Below are positions 24,394-36,448 of a DNA stretch of 64,000 bases, in pieces; the first letter of the stretch is position 1; every line of letters begins with the position of its first letter. The notes under the pieces are model-generated. The model was given only the letters and a program-made list of their open reading frames with translations. It did no database searches and was not told the origin of the DNA. Both the position numbers and the translations under genes were made by a program. This DNA is from Azolla caroliniana (taxonomy: Eukaryota > Plantae > Polypodiophyta): NCBI GenBank assembly GCA_043228905.1, contig JBHGNT010000015.1, positions 7,936,001 through 8,000,000 of the forward strand, in the 5' to 3' direction.

Positions 24394-24457
24394 GGATTTT
24401 TAGAGAGGATTGTTGCGGAGTGGGGAAGTGATAGTCCGAGAAGCCTTGATACCCCAC
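24394..24457 (+). promoter_or_regulatory. Candidate -1 ribosomal frameshift signal (G_GAT_TTT plus pseudoknot), Gypsy C
   Basis: Heptamer 24394-24400 directly before ORF1 stop; -1 frame open into pol; stems 24407-24416/24428-24437 and 24420-24425/24452-24457. Confidence 0.8.
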
Positions 24458-27400
24458 ACAGGAAGAAAACTCTCGGAGCAAAACAAGTACGAATCAGTTC
24501 GGATGGGGCATCTACGTACACGATCGTAACCGGAGGAATGAAGAAAGAATACCCAAAAGTGGAGGATAAGTTACGGTCGGCATCAATAATAAAAGAAGAT
24601 GAAGAAATCGTGGGAATAGTTGAAGAAATGTTCTATGGGAGCACGCTACAATGGCTTGAAGAGCTCGCGAAAGATACAAGCCAGGGAGACCAGGTAGTCC
24701 CAGTAGAATCGGTCGAGATGTACGAGATCATTGTGAAAATGGGGCCGGATGTGCTCCGCAAAGAAGAAGCAATGGTGAGTACGAAATACAAGACCGTGGA
24801 GAAGAAGGTGAAACCAGCCGTGGGACCACTACCCGCTGATAGTGAACAAAAGAGGAAAGAAGTCTCGGGAGATCCGACACTTCGGAAGTCCGTGGATATC
24901 AGACATGCCTTCATAGATGAGACCCGGAAGAAACTTCGGATCGGTGGAGGTGGTTTCCTTTTACAAAATGAAGAAGAACAATTCCGAGGGATGTTGGAAC
25001 AACATGGGAAAGCATTTGCATTCACATCGAAGGAGATAGGGTGCGTTGATCTGAAGATAGTGGAGCCGATGGTGATCTTCACGATTGACCATGTGTCGTG
25101 GAACCTAAAGCTGATTTCGGTGTTGCGGGCGCATATTCCCAAAATCATCAACTTGTTCAAGGAGAAGGTGGCGATGGTTTACGGTTCCGAAGAAGAATGG
25201 GTCACTCCGATTTATCCAAGACTTGCAACCAGTGAACAAAGTCACGATCCGGAACTCCGGAGTCGGTCCAATAGTGGACGAATTTGCGGAAGCATTTGCC
25301 GGTCGAGCGATATACTCCATCGGAGACCTATACTCGGGGTATGACCAATTCCAACTAGCCGTGGAGAGCCGAGACATCACTACCATGCGGACACCGATAG
25401 GATTAGTCCAGATGTGTACGCTACCACAAGGCGCGATGAACTCGGTCGCACATATGATGAATGCAATGAACAAGGTGCTTCGAGACTGCATTCCGAAGAT
25501 AACGATGCCGTTCCTAGATGACATTCCGATGAAAGGATGCGCGGTAGAAGAAAAAGATGAAACTATGGATGATCGAGGATGCCGAAAGTTCGTAGTCGAC
25601 CATATTCGCGATTGCGAGAAAGTGCTTCGAAAGTTAGAAGATGTGCACCTAACACTTTCCGGGGAGAAATCGGCATTCGGGCAAGAAGAAATATTGGTAG
25701 TCGGACATCTATATGGACCCTATGGCCAAAGACCGTCACCGACCAAGATTGATGCAATTCAAGCTATGAAAGAAATATGCGAGTCACAATCTGAAGTCCG
25801 AAGGTTTCTCGGAGCATGTGCATTCTACCACATATGGATTCCGCACTATGCACATATTGCGGACCCACTCTATCACTTGTTGCGGAAGGGTAAGAAGTTC
25901 GAATGGAAACCGGAGCATACCAAAGTCGTGAAGAAGCTCAACAAAATCACTACGGAGGGCAAAAGCACTAAAGAAGCCGAACTATGACCGACTGATCATA
26001 GTAACGGTTGACACAAGTCCAATTGGAATCGGATGGGTCATCAATCAAGCCGATCCGGATGGTTCGCGATATCCGATCCGATTCAGAGCAAAGGTTCTCA
26101 ACGAAAGGCAACGCGGATATGCACAAGTCAAAAGAGAATTATGAGGAGTCGTTTCGGCAATCAAATCGGATCGAGATTATTTGATCGGAGCCGAAGTAGT
26201 GATCGAAACGGATTGTCTCCCAATATTCGGGATGATGCGGTGTTGCATGATACCGGATGTGGCTATGCTAAGATGGATTGCATATGTTAACTCGCTTAAT
26301 CTGGAGGTACGACACATCTCCAGAAAAGACAACGCGGTGGCGGATATGCTATCAAGGGCGCGGTTCGGAGATGACATAACCGAATCCGATAATGAAGAAG
26401 TTTCCGAAGACTACTTTGCTTCGGAGCACATATGCCGGGTGAACGTAATCCGAGAATTCTCGGAAGAAGAATACGAGGGAGAAAGCTTGTTGATCGGGAA
26501 AGTGCTACAAGAAATCGAGGAATCATCGAACAATAAAGAGAAGAGAGCCGAGATCCGAAGTAAGAAGCGGCAAGTCCGAAAGTTCTTCTTGAGAAATGGA
26601 TTAATATGGAGGGAGCCGAAAAGACCGGATGGCATACCACTTCGGGTAGTTGGGACGAAAGAGCAACGAAACCGGATAATGTCCGAATTTCACGAATCCG
26701 ATTGGGCTGGACATCGAGGAACACGGGCAACTTTTGTGAAAATCAAACAAAAATATTGGTAGAAAAACATGTACAAAGATATAGCAAAGTTCACGGAAAG
26801 TTGCGACAAATGTCAAATCTACTCCGGAGTTCGACACCGAGATGAGTTACATCCGACATTCTCACTGACAATCAACTTCAAATGGATGGTCAGTATTGTA
26901 GCCATGCCAACCGGAATCAGACAAAAGAAGTACTTGGTGTTAGCTCTGGAAGATCTCACAAACCAAGTAGAAGGTCGGGTGTTACGAAGGAAAACGTGTT
27001 CTGCAGTATGCCAATTTCTTTTGGAGGAGGTGTTTTGCAGGTACGGGTGCGTAGGACAAGTGATTGCAGATTGGGGAGAACTCAACTCTGATAAAGCTAA
27101 GGAATTCTTCACCAAACATGGAGTTCGGTTAACATTGACAATGGCATACAATCCGGAAGCCAACGGGAAGATCGAACGAGGACATAGTCCAATCGTCAAA
27201 GCACTTGCGAAGGCATGCGATGGAAGGGTGAAGGATTGGCCGCAAATGCTTCTGTATGCACTATGGGCAGATCGGACGACACATAGCTCCGTAACCGGTT
27301 ACATGGCGGCAGAACTCATGACCGGACAAGCACCGGTGATGCCAACAGAAACCGCGATCGCGACATGGACAGTGCTACTGTGGAAGGAAGAGATGAGCCG

Positions 27401-27896
27401 GGAAGAACTACTAGCAGTCCGGATACGACAACTAGAGGGAAGACCGGAAGACATAGCGGAAGCAATACGCCGACAACAAGAAGCGCGATTCCGGAATAAA
27501 AGCCGGTTCGACACAAAGGACCGACTACGACTGCGGAAGATTGAAGAAGGAGATTGGGTGATTGTCTACGATAGTAGTTTGGATCATCAACATACAACGA
27601 TGCGGAAGTTCGCGAAAAAGTGGTTCGGGCCATACGAGGTTCAGAAAGTTTTCGACAACGGAACTTACCGACTATGCGAGTTGGATAGAACGATGCTACG
27701 AGTGCCTATAGCCGGGAAACGTGTGAAGATTTTCAAGAACCGAACTGATGAAGAACCCTATGTGATCCTAGACAAGACCGACAAGAAGGAGCAATCGGAT
27801 GAAGATCGCGGTGATGCGGGAAGTGAAGAAAGTGGATTACAACTCATAGTTTACTTAAGGAGAGAATCGGAGGAAGCTTCAGATGAAGGTGAATAG
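24394..27896 (+). pseudogene. Gypsy C ORF2 pol (RT, RNase H, integrase)
   Basis: DLYSGYDQ, LPQG, FLDD RT motifs; HHCC and GPY integrase motifs; several stops and frameshifts. Confidence 0.93.
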
Positions 27897-27952
27897 CAAG
27901 CATCGGGGACTTCGGCACATACCGGAGGATGTGCGGGTTCGAAGAGGGCGAG

Positions 27953-28693
27953 TGTCGTAGTGTGAATCACACACTATGTGAAATATGTAAAATACTATAT
28001 CCGATTTAAAGTACGTATAATAAATAAAATAAAATATTAAAAATATTTATTACGTCCATAGGGTAGGATTCAAACCCTATACCTCCAAATAAACAAACCC
28101 CAACCTTACCATTGTACTAACTTATCCTAAGTGTTTTAAATATAGATTTAATACGTATAAGACCTTTATTTACGCCTACCTTTATTAAAAGGAAAGTTAT
28201 GCATTTTTTAGAATGCGTGAATACTTTATTTGTAAGAAAAATGTACACCAATAAAAAATGACTCGTGCACATCTAGCGAGCATGAGCACTATATTTAGGA
28301 AATAAAAGCATAGTGTAAAAAGGCAACTCATGCACATTTAGTGTGCATGAACACTTTAGAAAAAAGCATGAAGCTATGCTTAGCCCCTTCCATCCTTATA
28401 TAAGGAGGAGAGAATGATGTATGGGGGTTGTTGATTATTTTACAAGGATTTTGATCAATCTAATATATTCGTGGGATTCACGATTTTTTCCATCTATTTC
28501 TCTCTTACATTCTAAGTATCAATTAATACACTATACTCGTGGGATTCACGAGTTTCATATCTTCCTTCAAATATTTCTCTTTCTTGCAATCCATTCATAA
28601 GGAGCCTTATCTCATATTCTTCTTTCTCCTAGTCCAAAACCTCAATGGTTCCCACCCGACTCACGCAACGATCCGGAGCCGAAAGGAACGACA
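27953..28693 (+). repeat. 3' LTR of Gypsy C
   Basis: Matches 10016-10756. Confidence 0.95.
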
Positions 28694-29007
28694 CCGGTAC
28701 CGCCATCCTTGTCCCGTCGAGCTCCGCGAGATGGTAGGTCCCATTGTCGTTGGCGCTTGTCACCACATAAGGCCCAAACCACCTTCTTGCAAACTTCTGC
28801 ATTGCCCTGTGCTGGTTGTCGAGGTTGCTGTCATACACTAGAACCCAGTTGCCTTCCTCAATCTTCTTCTGTCTCAGTTGGTGAGTCCGGTCGAACCGTC
28901 CTTTGTTCTTTACCCTCGCCACCCGTAGCTTTTCCGCGGCTCGGTCCACGTCCTTCGGTCTTCGCTCCAGCTGCTGAATCCATGCCGCATGCCGCTAATA
29001 GCTCCTC

Positions 29008-30656
29008 CTAGCTCATCTCGTCTTTTAGAGCCATGTCTTCTAGGTGCATCATTCGTACCTCCGCCGGCTTCTCCGGATCCGGCTTTGCCGAAAGCCTTTT
29101 CCGCTTCACCAAGTCCACGATGGAGTTTTGGAACTCCTTCTTGGCGATTTTGAGCACTTCCCTCAGTGACAGCTCCACTTTGTTGTCGAGGATACGTTCC
29201 TCGAGAACCTTTCGCAGGTCCGTGGTCCTCTCGATCTCTGTGCTGAATCGGTACCCGACCCTCTTGGCTATATCCAGTGTGCCGGTCGCACTGGCATCAT
29301 TCTGGTTTTGTCCGAACCGGGTCTCATACCGTTGTGAGGGTCCGGCCCCTCTAGTCTTACCCGCACGCTTGTCCTCCACCAGAGCCTCGTAGTTTTGGCA
29401 AGCGGCTTCAATGAAGCCCATCTTCTCTTTGACCAGGTCACTCCACCCGGTTGCCTCCCGGACCCGTCTTTCCGCGTGGTCCGCGTCCTCTTTCCTCAGC
29501 CGTACGCCGGCGAGGGCTTCCAGCATCAACATCCAGAATCCGGCTTCCTTCGTCTTCCGGACTTCATCACTTCCGACCTGGATTCTAGCCGACGCCGAGT
29601 AGTGGATGGTCTCCGCGTGGCGAGCCACCGCTTCTTCCATCAGTCGTTTCATACCCCCTCATCCGACATTTAGATCCAGGGGCCTTCGGGTCTCGCTAGC
29701 GTGCACCCGACCATTCCATAGGTACACCACGTTAGCTCTTATCGCTTCGGTGAAGTCCCCGCAGTCCTTTCGGGCGTGGCCGACCGCGCCGCACCACAAG
29801 CACCAGTTCCCAACCGGAGGCCTTCGGTCACGAACTTGTTCGCCGCCCTCTCTCCTTGCTTGTGCACTATGGAGGTCCCTCACCATCTGAGTCAGCTCCT
29901 CCAGAGCCGCTCCTCCGGACGACCTTTGACCATGCTGGTCGAAGTTGAGCCGGTCTCGAGCCAGTCTCGGGTCTCTTCCCTTCGCGCCGGTGGGGGTACC
30001 TTTACCTTCCTTGTCGCAACAAAACCCGCCCCCGTCAAGCCTTTATCGACCCACTCACGTCGTTTGTCAAAACGGCCGCAGACTCTCTTTACCACGGCCC
30101 AGCCGGTTGTTAGGTCGGCATCAGTCTCGAGCAGGAAGCCTAGTTGCTCCCGGTCCCTTACGTCCACCAATTTAATGAACAATAGGACACGACTTGTGTC
30201 CAGTACGGTCCAGTCCAGCACCGAAAGACGTGCGAAGCGTTCTTCAAACTCTCGAAGGAGCACCGACGCGTTTCTCCCCTTTTCGAGGGTCTCGACTCAT
30301 TCCATGAAGTCCTGCTTCGATAGCCGAAGCGCGTCATCAAGCCCGTATTTTTCAAGGAGCCGACCTTCAAACTCTTCCCAGGTCCGACTCTCAGCCCGTA
30401 CCTCAAGCACCTCCGCGCAGATGCCCGGCATCGCCACCCGAGGGAATCCGACCAGTCACCTATCCTCCGGGATGTCCCTCATTACCATTTCGGCTCGGTA
30501 AGCCTCCAAATAGCTCGTGGCGTCCTTCCCACCGATCCGGCCTACTGTGCCGACGACTACTTCAATAGCCCTATCGAGGGTGCCTGTGGCTTCGCGCGCA
30601 CTCACTATCCGATCCACAACTGAAGCCATGGCTTCTGCAAGATCCGACCCTCTCAT
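29008..30656 (-). pseudogene. Gypsy B gag, fused by deletion to the integrase C-terminus
   Basis: ORFs 30456-30683, 29892-30263, 29659-29886 (CLWCGAVGHARKDC), 29008-29652, then 28629-28949 (RRWFGPY). Confidence 0.88.
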
Positions 30657-30700
30657 CTTTCTATTCCTCTGCCGCATGTTCACGTCGGGTTCACCAAATA

Positions 30701-31372
30701 TATCGCATTGTTACGCGCATGCATGGAGAACGAGGCGGGACCACGGGGGCCTTGAACCGAGAAATAGCCGAATGAGAAGAGGGGAAGGAAACTACCGATG
30801 TACTCCACACGTGCACAGAAACACAGATTGACAGGAGTTGCAACTAACTCTAAACAACGGAGACAGAACGAATGTATATGTATATATATAAATCAAAGAG
30901 TTACAGCCGGCAAGTCGGCGAGTGATAGGCTCTGACGCTTGCACACACACACAAAGAATGCGAGACGGAGACTCTGTCGGAAGCACTCGGGTGTTCCGCA
31001 GAGCAGAGTCAGCCTCCCGAAAACTTGCACAAAACGACTATGGAGAAGATAGAGGAGAAGAACTCGGTTCGAGTCCAGTAGCACTTTGTCCTCTACAAAA
31101 CACGATCCCCCCCCTTTTTGCAATACTTCTCCCTCCCTTTTATAGCCCAAGGAGGGAGGTCGTTACCACCCGTTACATTATGTTTATTCCCTGTCCTTTC
31201 GGACAGGGATACGCCTCGATTTTCTCCCTAATGAATGTGTGCTACCTAGGATTTCACCTCAGCCGACTTGTACCTATCTATGTACTATACAACAAAACTT
31301 GTGCCCATGTGTAAGGGCAGGTTTACGCACGCTATACCCGGTTTCTACCTAGGGACGGTTTTCTTCACGACA
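30701..31372 (-). repeat. 5' LTR of Gypsy B
   Basis: Adjacent to the Trp PBS; matches 9172-9818. Confidence 0.92.
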
Positions 31373-31475
31373 ACGTGCAGGTGAAGAGCTAGGACGGTAA
31401 GCACTCTGTCCAATTTTTGATGGTTTGGCTCAACCACAAGTGGAATCACGACACTCTCGGCAATGATAGCCGAGA

Positions 31476-31540
31476 GGATTTTTGAAGAGGACTATCAAGG
31501 CTTGGGGCCATGTTAGTCCGGACAACCGGAATAGACCCCA
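31476..31540 (+). promoter_or_regulatory. Candidate -1 frameshift signal, Gypsy A
   Basis: G_GAT_TTT_TGA 31476-31485; stems GGACTA 31489/TAGTCC 31514 and TGGGG 31503/CCCCA 31536; -1 frame is ORF 31482-31895. Confidence 0.78.
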
Positions 31541-33200
31541 CACGTGTATACTAGGTAGGAGTTTTGGTTCCTCTGTTAATGGAGGTTGTACCATAATTGG
31601 CATCAGTGAGCGTCTGAAGGCATGTAGAGCCTTGGACCCTAATGACTCAATTCGCTGCACCATGGAGGCGGTCTCGTTCGACGATGCACTAGGGGGGATC
31701 AAGAGGGTAGTCGAGGAAGATCTTAGCGAAAAGTGGGTCATCTCGATAAATTCTGTCGAGATGTACGAATTCATCACGGACTTCGGGGAGATGATCGGGT
31801 CGGATAAGACTGCCCAAGTAGACACCAAGTACAAAACTGTGGACCGGAAGATGAGGCCAGTCGCGACTCCCTTGTTGGAGGATAGTTGGGAGTGAATGAA
31901 AGGGGTTGCGGTCGACCCAAGTTTATGAGATCCGGTTGGCATTGGACACTGGTTCACTGATGAGACGCTATGGAAGCTCAAGATCGGTGGGGGTGGCTTC
32001 CTACTGCCTGCGAAGGAGGACCGGTTTTGGAGGATGCTCAAAAGGCACGGGAAAGCCTCTACATTCTCACCGGGGGAGATCGGGTGCGGTGACCCAACGA
32101 TCATAGAGCCAATGGTGATCTTTACGGTACCGCACGTACCGTGGAACCTAAAACAGATTCTGGTGCCGAGAGCTCACATCCCAAAGTTGATGGAGCTACT
32201 TAGGCAGAAGGTTAATATGGGTATCCTCAAACTATTAAGTGCCCCTTATTCGAATCGGTGGTTTGCGGTTCCGAAGAAGAACGACACACTGCACTTCATT
32301 TAGGACCTGCAGCTGGTCAACAAAGTGACCATTCGGAATACGGGGGTTGGACCGACCATAGACAAGTTCATGGAGGCCTTTGCCGAAAGGTCAATCTACA
32401 CGGTCGGGGATCTATACTCCAGGTATGACTAGTTCCAGCTAGTCGTGGGGAGTAGGGACATCACGACGATGTGAACCCCTCTCGACGATGTGTACCCTAT
32501 CGCTAGGAGGGACCAATTTGGTGGCACACATGGTGAATGCAATGAATAAAGTGTTGAGGGATTGCATCCCGGACATCACCATGTCATTTTTGGATGACAT
32601 CCCGATCAAGGGATATCCGGAAGATGCTAAGGATGATTCGATCAGAGCGGATGGATGCCGGAGATTTGTCAGGACCACATCTCCGACTGTGAGAAGATAC
32701 TACAGAGGCTTGAGGGTGCCAGCTTACCTTCTCCAAGGAGAATTTGGCTTTCGGGCAATCGGAGATCCTGGTTGTTGGTCACCTATGCGGGCCGTACGGC
32801 TGGAAACTGTGTCTGGCGGAGGTAGAGGCCATCTCGACAATGAAGGAAGAGTGTCGGTCAGTCACAGAAGTCCGACGGTTCCTGGGTCATGTGCCTTCTA
32901 CCACATTTGGAACCCACACTACGCACACATCGCCGAGCCGCTCTATGGCTTGCTGAAGATAGGCCGGAAATTCGAATGGGGTGACGAGCACACGGAAGCG
33001 GTCAGGAGACTGAAGGAAAAGCCAACGGTGGCACCAGCTCTCTGGAAAGCGGTGTACAAGAAGGACACTCTGGTTTACATGACAGTGGACACGAGCCCGA
33101 CCGGAATTGGATGAATGATTAATTAGGAAGACGAGGACGACGCACCATTCCCCATCTTGTTCAGTGCGAAGGTGCTGAGCGAGAGGCAACGAGGATGCGT

Positions 33201-34131
33201 TGTCGTGGTGTGGTGTGTGCACTATGAGAAAAAATGAGCTTCCACACACATATTATTAAATCATATATAAATGAAAATAATAATAATGATAATAAATAAC
33301 TTGTAGTAGTTTTGTGGTGAAGGCTTATTAATATATATAGAGTGGTGTAGAGTTCAAGTCTCTCTTGTTACAAATCAAGGAATATTTTGCTCCCCTTCTA
33401 TTTTTGTGATAAAGGGAAAAAAACAAAGAAGCATGTAATGTTAAAATAGGTGCCTCTTTCCTCTATAAGAGGGGAGGAATAGGGCTTAGTATGGGGTCGC
33501 CCATTTTGCCGTAGGGGTGTACCACTAGGGTTTCATCTTCTTCTCCTCTTCTTCTTGGGTTAGGGTTTATAGCCTCCTTTTCTATTTATCCCTTTCTCCT
33601 TCTTCTTTTCCTTCTAGGGTTAGGGTTTGAGAGCTTCTTCTTTTCTCCTCAACATAATAGAGCACTTCGGATTTTAGGGTTTGAGAGTTTTGCTTCTAGT
33701 ATTCTACTTCTTACTCGGGATATTTTAGGGTTTGGATCTTTGAAAGAATGGCTTCCTCGGCATCGCGGTGGTAGACAACTTGGTGGCCAGTTGTGGAAGG
33801 GAGGTTGTAGTGGCACGAGAGCTACTCCGAATCGACGCAACATAGCCGTCGAAAGTAGTCAGACTCGGAGCCCACTAGACTCACCTTCACCGGTTTATTT
33901 TAGCCCGTTTGGTTGATTTATAACCGATTATTGTAGTAACCACTGAAATCGTGGTGTCAAGCCTAACAATTGTAAAAAAATAATAACAAAAACCCTAATT
34001 TATATCAAAACTTATGTATCTTTCATCCATGTCTTTGTTATAATCTCCCACTTCCTCATCCCTTGTGTCTCCCCGGTCCAAGGCCCCGGCGGTTCCATTC
34101 GAGTGACACACGCACGCGAAACTTTGCGATA
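33201..34131 (+). repeat. 5' LTR of Gypsy D
   Basis: TGTCGTG...GCGATA followed by the PBS; TATAAG near 33464. Confidence 0.85.
33307..33361 (+). promoter_or_regulatory. Degenerate tRNA-like A-box/B-box module in the Gypsy D LTR
   Basis: TAGTTTTGTGG at 33307, AGTTCAAGTCT at 33351 (44 nt). Confidence 0.55.
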
Positions 34132-36385
34132 GTGGTGAACCCGACGTGAAGAGGCAGTAGGAAGGATCAAGTGCTTGAAATAGAAGATTAGAAGATGGCT
34201 TCTTTGTCAAACACCTAAGCTGATGAAGTGGCAGAGTTGGTGGCTATTGTCGAGCATATGTTGAGAGCTCGAGATAATGATGTAAGCTTAGACAAGGCCA
34301 TCGACTGAACCATTGAGATAGCGAGCCAATTTGGTGGAAGAAACATTACGGATTTTCTCGCTACATACAAGACGGAGATGCAACAACATGATGTCATCGA
34401 AGGGAAGCAAATATCAAGCTTCAAGCGTGTCATAGCTATTGGGTTACAAGGCCGTATAAGGGAGATTCAAGCCACCCAAACAACATGGGTGGGATTTGAA
34501 AGGGCGCTTTTGGCTAAATATATGCTTGAAGATGCGTCGAGGATACTCGTCATACGTTGATGAAGTGGATTGAGAAGAAGGGGAAGAACATGAACAAATC
34601 GGGAGTGTACACCGAATTTGACCAAATGTACAACCGTCTCCCGAGAACCGACCAAACACTTCTCGAAGGAGATAAAGTTTTGTACTTCTTAAAGGCGGTG
34701 TATGCAAAAGATAGATGAGAACTAGGTAGTCTATTAGAGGACGAAGCACAACCCAATGGTTTGATAATGGATTGGGTTGCGGTAAGAAGAGCATGTGATC
34801 GATTTGACAAACGTCATTGATGGCTAGATGATTCCGACATGGCGAGCCCAGTAGTCCAAAGAAGGAAGGCTCCAATCGCAACTAAGATGACAAAGCAAAG
34901 CGAGCCAACCGAAAGAGCGATGGAGAACTATGTCATTGAAGAGTTGGCACAAAAATTCAAAGCGGTTTCGTTAGCTAATATGAGTCGTAGAGGGCCGAAG
35001 GGGAAAAACCCATATAGATGTGTATGGTGTGATAGTGTTGATCATGCAAGGAAAGATTGTGCTAGCCTTCAAGAGGCAATTCAACAAAACCTCGTCTACA
35101 TGGAAGGCAACATTATACACTCAAGTGAGACTCGAAAGCCCTTGCAAGTGAGTTTCCGTAGGGGGGGTCTAAAGAAAATCATGGATGAGGCCGATGCGAG
35201 CCACGTCGAAGCTATACACTATGCCGCATCCACCGGTATAAGAATCGGGAAGGAGAAGCTTGGAATGATTAAACGGGGAATGGGGTTTTGGCCGACCATC
35301 CTCGAATACGAAAAAAAAGGGAAGATTAATTCAGATGATGCAAAGCTAGCCAACCTTCATGTACGAGACCTTACCGGGTGGGCGGATCCGGTTGATAACA
35401 ACACGATCTCCGTAGAGGTCATATGCGAAACCCACGAAGTGTTTGTGGATGAGAAGTGGAAGAGGACGGATCTAGATGAAGGCCCTTCTAAGAAACATGA
35501 CACAAGAAACTTTAAGAAGAAGGAAGAGATGATCAAGACCACACGTCAAGAAGATGGAAGCTCAAACAAGAGAGCCGAGGAACCAACTCAACCCATTGAA
35601 GAGAATGCCAAGAAGGGGAAGGATAGATCGATGCCAACATACAAATTAAGGTTGGATATTGAACAAACAACTAACTTAAGAAAGGTTCTTGAAGAAAGAG
35701 TGCTTGATAGCCGAATTGACCTTACATTGAGAGAACTACTTGGAATTGCAAAGAAGGAGTTCCATGAGACCATCGTCGATCTTATCAAACGTAAAATCAA
35801 CAAGCGGATGAGGAAGAGGGAATTTCGACAAAGGCGACAACCAATGCCATAACTATGGCAAGAATGGAAGAGAAAGAAGAAGATCTAGTGGACAGTCATT
35901 ATACACGACCCCATTGGGCAAGAGCGACAACGGAAACTTTGGTGAAGATTGGAGAGAAGAAAGAGACGGGAAGAAAGAGACGGGAAGAAAGAGACGGTTG
36001 TGGCTCTTATAGAGCACAAATCAGAGATTAACCTCATGTCGACATATTTCTACAAGAAGGGAAGATGTCCTATCAACACGAAGCATGGATGGAAGATTCG
36101 TGCGGTGGCGAAGGCCACGAAAGATCTTTATGGAGCATGTCCCAACATTCAAGTCACAATCGGGGATGTAGAGATTGACCAACACTTTTTTGTGCAAGAT
36201 TTGGCTTCCCATTCGGTGATTCTTGGGCAACCCTACATAACATCATCAAGGATGGAGACTAAGGTGTTTGATAATGGAGTAGCATTCGCTTGGGTGAAGA
36301 GTCTTGATGGTCAAAAGTCGGTTCAATTCTTAACAGTGTGAGCTAATCATGAGAGGAACCGAGATAACCTCAGAGATGAGGCCTC

Positions 36386-36448
36386 GGATTTTTAACACAG
36401 ACTATTGAATAATGGGCCAAAGATAGTCCGAGAAAAAGTAGGTCCCCA
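36386..36448 (+). promoter_or_regulatory. Candidate -1 frameshift signal, Gypsy D
   Basis: G_GAT_TTT_TAA 36386-36395; stems GACTATT 36400/GATAGTC 36422 and TGGG 36413/CCCA 36445; -1 frame equals the frame of ORF 36608. Confidence 0.72.

Larger units (their letters stand above)
10795..24403 (+). pseudogene. Gypsy C ORF1 gag-protease, split by Copia E (parts 10795-11794 and 23357-24403)
   Basis: FNGKDVSRYL gag, CIWCDSTKHDRRDC zinc knuckle, ALIDHGSEINL aspartic protease, ends MDF*. Confidence 0.9.
10016..28693 (+). mobile_element. Full-length Gypsy element C (Trp PBS, Phygy-like), interrupted by Copia E
   Basis: 741-bp LTRs 10016-10756 and 27953-28693, TSD CCGG, PBS 10761-10777, PPT 27941-27952, gag-PR-RT-RH-INT order. 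Confidence 0.95.
9172..31372 (-). mobile_element. Gypsy element B, internally deleted (gag plus integrase C-terminus only). Own sequence 9172-10015 and 28694-31372
   Basis: LTRs 9172-9818 and 30701-31372, TSD ACGT (9168-9171 / 31373-31376), perfect Trp PBS 30680-30696, PPT next to 9819. Confidence 0.92.
5542..33200 (+). mobile_element. Ty3/Gypsy element A (tRNA-Trp PBS, Phygy-like). Own sequence 5542-6607, 7453-9171, 31373-33200; 3' end not in window
   Basis: LTR 5542-6187, PBS 6192-6208; protease-region peptide VLYNGSTYV|QVKS..DGKHSVQFL is contiguous across the 9172-31372 insertion; RT FLDD and RNase H DTSPTGIG at 31482-33200. Confidence 0.88.

Noticed and set aside
31066-31076. Perfect B-box GGTTCGAGTCC in the Gypsy B 5' LTR
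   Set aside because: No A-box at tRNA spacing and absent from the other LTR; not counted as a module.
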